From NCBI RefSeq assembly GCF_009914755.1, contig NC_060925.1: a stretch of DNA of 64,000 nt; one strand, written 5' to 3'. The stretch comes from the human T2T-CHM13v2.0 reference genome, Homo sapiens. The position numbers and the translations under genes were made by a program. This document shows, one piece after another, positions 57,501 to 64,000 of the stretch (the first letter of the stretch is position 1; each line of letters opens with the position of its first letter). The notes beneath the pieces are model-generated. The model was not told the origin of the DNA and did not search any database. It saw only the letters and a program-made list of their open reading frames with translations.

Positions 57501-60500
57501 TCGAATGGACCTGAATGGAATCATCATCCAATGGAAGCTAATGGAATCAACATCGAATGAATCAAATTGAAACACCATCGAATTGAAACGAATGGAATTA
57601 CCATGAAATTGAAATGGATGGACTCATCATCGAATGGATTCGAAAGGAATCATCGAATAAAATTGATTGAAATCATCATCGAATGGAATCGAATGGTATC
57701 ATTGAATGGAATCGAATGGAATCATCATCAGATGGAAATGAATGGAATCGTCATAGAATGGAATCGAATGGATTCATTGAATGGAATCAGATGGAATCAT
57801 CGAATGGACTGGAATGGAATCATTGAATGGACTCGAAAGAGATCATGATTGAATGGAATTGAATGGAATCATCGAATGGTCTCGATTGGAATCATTATCA
57901 AATGGAATCGAATGGAATCACCGAATAGAATCGAATGGAACAATCATCGAATGGACTCAAATGGAATTATCCTCCAATGGAATCGAATGGAATTATCGAA
58001 TGCAATCGAATGGAATTATCGAATGCAATCGAATAGAATCATCGAATGGACTCGAATGGAATCATCGAATGGAATGGAATGGAACAGTCAATGAACTCGA
58101 ATGGAATCATCATTGAATGGAATCGAATGGAATCATCGAGTGGAATCGAATGGAATTATGATCAAATGGAATCGAATGTAATCATCATCAAATGGAATCA
58201 AAAATAACCATCATCAATTGGAATTGAATGGAATTGTCATCAAATGGAATTCAAAGGAATCATCATCAAATGGAACCGAATGGAATCCTCATTGAATGGA
58301 AATGAAAGGGGTCATCTAATGGAATCGCATGGAATCATCATCAAATGGAATCGAATGGAATCATCATCAAATGGAATCTAATGGAATCATTGAACAGAAT
58401 TTAATGGAATCGTCATCGAATGAATTGAATGCAATCATCGAATGGTCTCGAATGGAACCATCTTCTAATGGAAAGGAATGGAATCATCGCATAGAATCGA
58501 ATGGAATTATCATCGAATGGAATCGAATGGTATCAACACCAAACGGAAAAAAACGGAATTATCGAATGGAATCGAAGAGAATCTTCGAACGGACCCGAAT
58601 GGAATCATCTAATGGAATGGAATGGAATAATCCATGGACTCGAATGCAATCATCATCGAATGGAATCGAATGGAATCATCGAATGGACTCGAATGGAATA
58701 ATCATTGAACGGAATCGAATGGAATCATCATCGGATGGAAACGAATGGAATCATCATCGAATGGGAATGAAAGGAGTCATCATCTAATGGAATTGCATGT
58801 AATCATCATAAAATGGAATCGAATGGAATCAACATCAAATGGAATCAAATGGAATCATTGAACGGAATTGAATGGAATCGTCATCGAATGAATTAAATGC
58901 AATCATCGAATGGTCTCGAATGGAATCATCTTCAAATGGAATGGAATGGAATCATCGCATAGAATCGAATGGAATTATCATCGAATGGAATCGAATGGAA
59001 TCAACATCAAACGGAAAAAAACGGAATTATCGAATGGAATCGAAGAGAATCATCGAATGCACCCGAATGGAATCATCTAATGGAATGGAATGGAATAATC
59101 CATGGACTCGAATGCAATCATCATCGAATGGAATCGAATGGAATCATCGAATGGACTCGAATGGAATAATCATTGAACGGAATCAAATGGAATCATCATC
59201 GGATGGAAATGAATGGAATCGTCATCGAATGGAATCGAATAGAATTATGGAATGAAATCCAGTGTGATCATCATCGAATGGACCTGAATGGAATCATCAT
59301 CCAACGGAAGCTAATGGAATCAACATCGAATGAATCAAATGGAAACACCATCGAATTGAAACGAATGGAATTACCATGAAATTGAAATGGATGGACTCAT
59401 CATCGAATGGATTCGAATGGAATCATCGAATAAAATTGATTGAAATCATCATCGAATGGAATCGAATTGTATCATTGAATGGAATCGAATGGAATCATCA
59501 TCAGATGGAAATGAATGGAATCGTCATAGAATGGAATCGAATGGATTCATTGAATGGAATCAGATGGAATCAGTGAATGGACTGTAATGGAATCATTGAA
59601 TGGACTCGAAAGGGATCATTATTGAATGGAATTGAATGGAATCATCGAATGGTCTCGATTGGAATCATTATCAAATGGAATCGAATGGAATCACCGAATA
59701 GAATCGAATGGAACAATCATCGAATGGACTCAAATGGAATTATCCTCAAATGGAATCGAATGGAAATATCGAATGGAATTATCGAATGCAATCGAATGGA
59801 ATTATCGAATGCAATCGAATAGAATCATCGAATGGACTCGAATGGAATCATCGAATGGAATGGAATGGAACAGTCAATGAACTCGAATGGAATCATCATT
59901 GAATGGAATCGAATGGAATCATCGAGTGGAATCGAAAGGAATTATGACCAAATGGAATCGAATGTAATCATCATCAAATGGAATCAAAAATAACCATCAT
60001 CAATTGGTATTGAATGGAATTGTCATCAAATGGAATTCAAAGGAATCATCATCAAATGGAACCGAATGGAATCCTCATTGAATGGAAATGAAAGGGGTCA
60101 TCATCTAATGGAATCGCATGGAATCATCATCAAATGGAATCGAATGGAATCATCATCAAATGGAATCTAATGGAATCATTGTAAAGAATTGAATGGAATC
60201 GTCATCGAATGAATTGAATGCAATCATCGAATGGTCTCGAATGGAATCATCTTCAAATGGAATGGAATGGAATCATCGCATAGAATCGAATGGAATTATC
60301 ATCGAATGGAATCGAATGGAATCAACATCTAACGGAAAAAAACGGAATTATCGAATGGAATCGAAGAGAATCATCGAATGGACCCGAATGGAATCATCTA
60401 ATGGAATGGAATGGAATAATCCATGGACTCGAATGCAATCATCATCGAATGGAATCGAATGGAATCATCGAATGGACTCGAATGGAATAATCATTGAACG

Positions 60501-63500
60501 GAATCGAATGGAATCATCATCGGATGGAAATGAAAGGAGTCATCATCTAATGGAATTGCATGGAATCATCATAAAATGGAATCGAGTGGAATCAACATCA
60601 AATGGAATCAAATGGAATCATTGAACGGAATTGAATGGAATCGTCATCGAATGAATTGAATGCAATCATCGAATGGTCTCGAATGGAATCATCTTCAAAT
60701 GGAATGGAATGGAATCATCGCATAGAATCGAATGGAATTATCATCGAATGGAATCGAATGGAATCAAAATCAAACGGAAAAATACGGAATTATCGAATGG
60801 AATCGAAGAGAATCATCGAATGGACCCGAATGGAATCATCTAATGGAATGGAATGGAATAATCCATGGACTCGAATGCAATCATCATCGAATGGAATCGA
60901 ATGGAATCATCCAATGGACTCAAATGGAATAATCATTGAACGGAATCGAATGGAATCATCATCGGATGGAAATGAATGGAATCATCATCGAATGGAATCG
61001 AATAGAATTATGGAATGAAATCCAGTGTGATCATCATCGAATGGACCCGAATGGAATCATCATCCAACGGATGCTAATGGAATCAACATCGAATGAATCA
61101 AATGGAAACACCATCGAATTGAAACGAATGGAATTACCATGAAATTGAAATGGATGGACTCATCATCGAATGGATTCGAAAGGAATCATCGAATAAAATT
61201 GATTGAAATCATCATCGAATGGAATCGAATGGTATCATTGAATGGAATCGAATGGAATCATCATCAGATGGAAATGAATGGAATCGTCATAGAATGGAAT
61301 CGAATGGATTCATTGAATGGAATCAGATGGAATCATCGAATGGACTGGAATGGAATCATTGAATGGACTCGAAAGAGATCATGATTGAATGGAATTGAAT
61401 GGAATCATCGAATGGTCTCGATTGGAATCATTATCAAATGGAATCGAATGGAATCACCGAATAGAATCGAATGGAACAATCATCGAATGGACTCAAATGG
61501 AATTATCCTCAAATGGAATCGAATGGAATTATCGAATGCAATCGAATGGAATTATCGAATGCAATCGAATAGAATCATCGAATGGACTCGAATGGATTCA
61601 TCGAATGGAATGGAATGGAAAAGTCAATGAACACGAATGGAATCATCACTGAATGGAATCGAATGGAATCATCGAGTGGAATCGAATGGAATTATGATCA
61701 AATGGAATCGAATGTAATCATCATCAAATGGAATCAAAAATAACCATCATCAATTGGTATTGAATGGAATTGTTATCAAATGGAATTCAAAGGAATCATC
61801 ATCAAATGGAACTGAATGGAATCCTCATTGAATGGAAATGAAAGGGGTCATCATCTAATGGAATAGCATGGAATAATCATCAAATGGAATCGAATGGAAT
61901 CATCATCAAATGGAATCTAATGGAATCATTGAAAAGAATTGAATGGAATCATCATCGAATGAATTGAATGCAATCATCGAATGGTCTCGAATGGAATCAT
62001 CTTCTAATGGAAAGGAATGGAATCATCGCATAGAATCGAATGGAATTAACATTGAATGGACTCGAATGGAATCAACATCAAATGGAATCAAGCGGAATTA
62101 TCGAATGAAATCGAAGAGAATCATCGAATGGACTCGAATGGAATCATCTAGTGGAATGGAATGGAATAATCCACGGACTCGAATGCAATCATCATCGTAT
62201 AGAATCGAATGGAATCATCGAATGGACTCGAATGGAATAACCATTGAACGGAATCGAATGGAATCATCATCGGATGGAAACGAATGGAATCATCATCGAA
62301 TGGAAATGAAAGGAGTCATCATCTAATGGAATTGCATGGAATCATCATAAAATGGAATCGAATGGAATCATCATCAAATGGAATCAAATGGAATCATTGA
62401 ACGGAATTGAATGGAATCGTCATCGAATGAATTGAATGCAATCATCGAATGGTCTCGAATGGAATCATCTTCAAATGGAATGGAATGGAATCATCGCATA
62501 GAATCGAATGGAATTAATATCGAATGGAATCGAATGGTATCAACATCAAACGGAAAATAACGGAATTATCGAATGGAATCGAAGAGAATCTTCGAACGTA
62601 CCCGAATGGAATCATGTAATGGAGTGGAATGGAATAATCCATGGACTCGAATGCAATCATCATCGAATGGAATCGAATGGAATCATCGAATGGACTCGAA
62701 TGGAATAATCATTGAACGGAATCGAATGGAATCATCATCGGATGGAAATGAATGGAATCATCATCGAATGGAATCGAATAGAATTATGGAATGAAATCCA
62801 GTGTGATCATCATCGAATGGACCCGAATGGAATCATCATCCAACGGAAGCTAATGGAATCAACATCGAATGAATCGAATGGAAACACCATCGAATTGAAA
62901 CGAATGGAATTATCATGAAATTGAAATGGATGGACTCATCATCGAATGGATTCGAATGGAATCATCGAATAAAATTGATTGAAATTATCATCAAATGGAA
63001 TCGAATGGTATCATTGAATGGAATCGAATGGAATCATCATCAGATGGAAATGAATGGAATCGTCATAGAATGGAATCGAATGGATTCATTGAATGGAATC
63101 AGATGGAATCATCGAATGGACTGGAATGGAATCATTGAATGGACTCGAAAGGGATCATTATTGAATGGAATTGAATGGAATCATCGAATGGTCTCGATTG
63201 GAATCATTATCAAATGGAATGGAATGGAATCACCGAATAGAATCGAATGGAACAATCATCGAATGGACTCAAATGGAATTATCCTCCAATGGAATCGAAT
63301 GGAATTATCGAATGCAATCGAATGGAATTATCGAATGCAATTGAATAGAATCATCGAATGGACTCGAATGGAATCATCGAATGGAATATAATGGAACAGT
63401 CAATGAACTCGAATGGAATCATCATTGAATGGAATCGAATGGAATCATCGAGTGGAATCGAATGGAATTATGATCAAATGGAATCGAATGTAATCCTCAT

Positions 63501-64000
63501 CAAATGGAATCAAAAATAACCATCATCAATTGGTATTGAATGGAATTGTCATCAAATGGAATTCAAAGGAATCATCATCAAATGGAACCGAATGGAATCC
63601 TCATTGAATGGAAATGAAAGGGGTCATCATCTAATGGAATCGCATGGAATCATCATCAAATGGAATCGAATGGAATCATCATCAAATGGAATCTAATGGA
63701 ATCATTGAACAGAATTGAATGGAATCGTCATCGAATGAATTGAATGCAATCATCGAATGGTCTCGAATGGAATCATCTTCTAATGGAAAGGAATGGAATC
63801 ATCGCATAGAATCGAATGGAATTATCATCGAATGGAATCGAATGGAATCAACATCAAACGGAAAAAAACGGAATTATCGAATGGAATCGAAGAGAATCAT
63901 CGAATGGACCCGAATGGAATCATCTAATGGAATGGAATGGAATAATCCATGGAGTCGAATGCAATCATCATCGAATGGAATCGAATGGAATCATCGAATG
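54519..64000 (+). repeat. Heterogeneous/mosaic block of units 1308, 1776, 1773, 1763, 1776 bp and a partial unit
   Basis: Anchors at 54519, 55827, 57603, 59376, 61139 and 62915. It has more private variants and small indels than the other blocks. Confidence 0.88.

Larger units (their letters stand above)
1..64000 (+). repeat. Human satellite II (HSat2/HSATII) pericentromeric tandem array, 1.77-kb-unit family (probably chr1q12, HSat2A2/pUC1.77-like)
   Basis: Continuous GAATG-derived sequence with the HSat2-type motif gaatggaatcatcatcgaatggaatc (reverse complement contains CATTCGATGATTC). Long pure (GGAAT)n runs typical of HSat3 are absent. Base period is 1776 bp (11155, 12931, 14707; 49191, 50967, 52743, 54519) with one GAATTC per unit. 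No strand switch is seen. The family call is strong; the chromosome is inferred from unit length. Confidence 0.96.

Noticed and set aside
173-63391. The many short + strand ORFs (60-163 aa, rich in M/E/W/N/G/I/S)
   Set aside because: They are translations of the GAATG repeat, which supplies abundant ATGs. They overlap in several frames, recur with unit periodicity, are freely broken by stops and indels, and show no recognisable domain or gene context.
1-64000. CRISPR-like array suggested by the 23-26 bp periodicity
   Set aside because: There are no unique spacers and no cas genes; all intervening sequence is itself satellite.
1-64000. Embedded transposon, unique island or inversion
   Set aside because: Every anchor-to-anchor distance is explained by satellite subunits and small indels, and no CATTC-oriented segment, poly-A tail or non-satellite sequence was seen.
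1-64000. HSat3, alpha satellite or telomeric repeat
   Set aside because: GGAAT runs are only about 3 copies long and the catcatcga motif dominates. There is no 171-bp monomer and no TTAGGG array.

Overview
The entire 64 kb window is one uninterrupted, single-orientation array of classical satellite II (HSat2/HSATII). It is built from diverged GAATG/CATTC pentamers arranged as 23- and 26-bp sub-repeats (gaatggaatcatc(atc)gaatggaatc) and is rich in TCGA. The base unit is 1776 bp and carries one EcoRI site, which fits the 1.77-kb HSat2 family of human 1q12 (pUC1.77/HSat2A2); that placement is inferred, not aligned. I found no genes, RNA genes, transposons or CRISPR arrays, and all listed ORFs are translations of the satellite. 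I see no evidence for a new gene-based system. The structure worth attention is nested repeat architecture. The once-per-unit anchor atgaaatt(g)..atggatgga occurs 38 times and gives units of about 840+468n bp (1308, 1776, 2244) plus small-indel variants. These units form a 2616-bp dimer, a 7545-bp four-unit higher-order repeat (about 2.5 copies), a duplication at 38,036 bp offset and another at 8,396 bp offset. Smaller signals are a length-neutral 26-bp deletion/duplication, two apparently independent origins of the 1308-bp unit, a likely gene-conversion patch, and an island about 7% diverged near 62.0-62.25 kb. All comparisons were made by eye.
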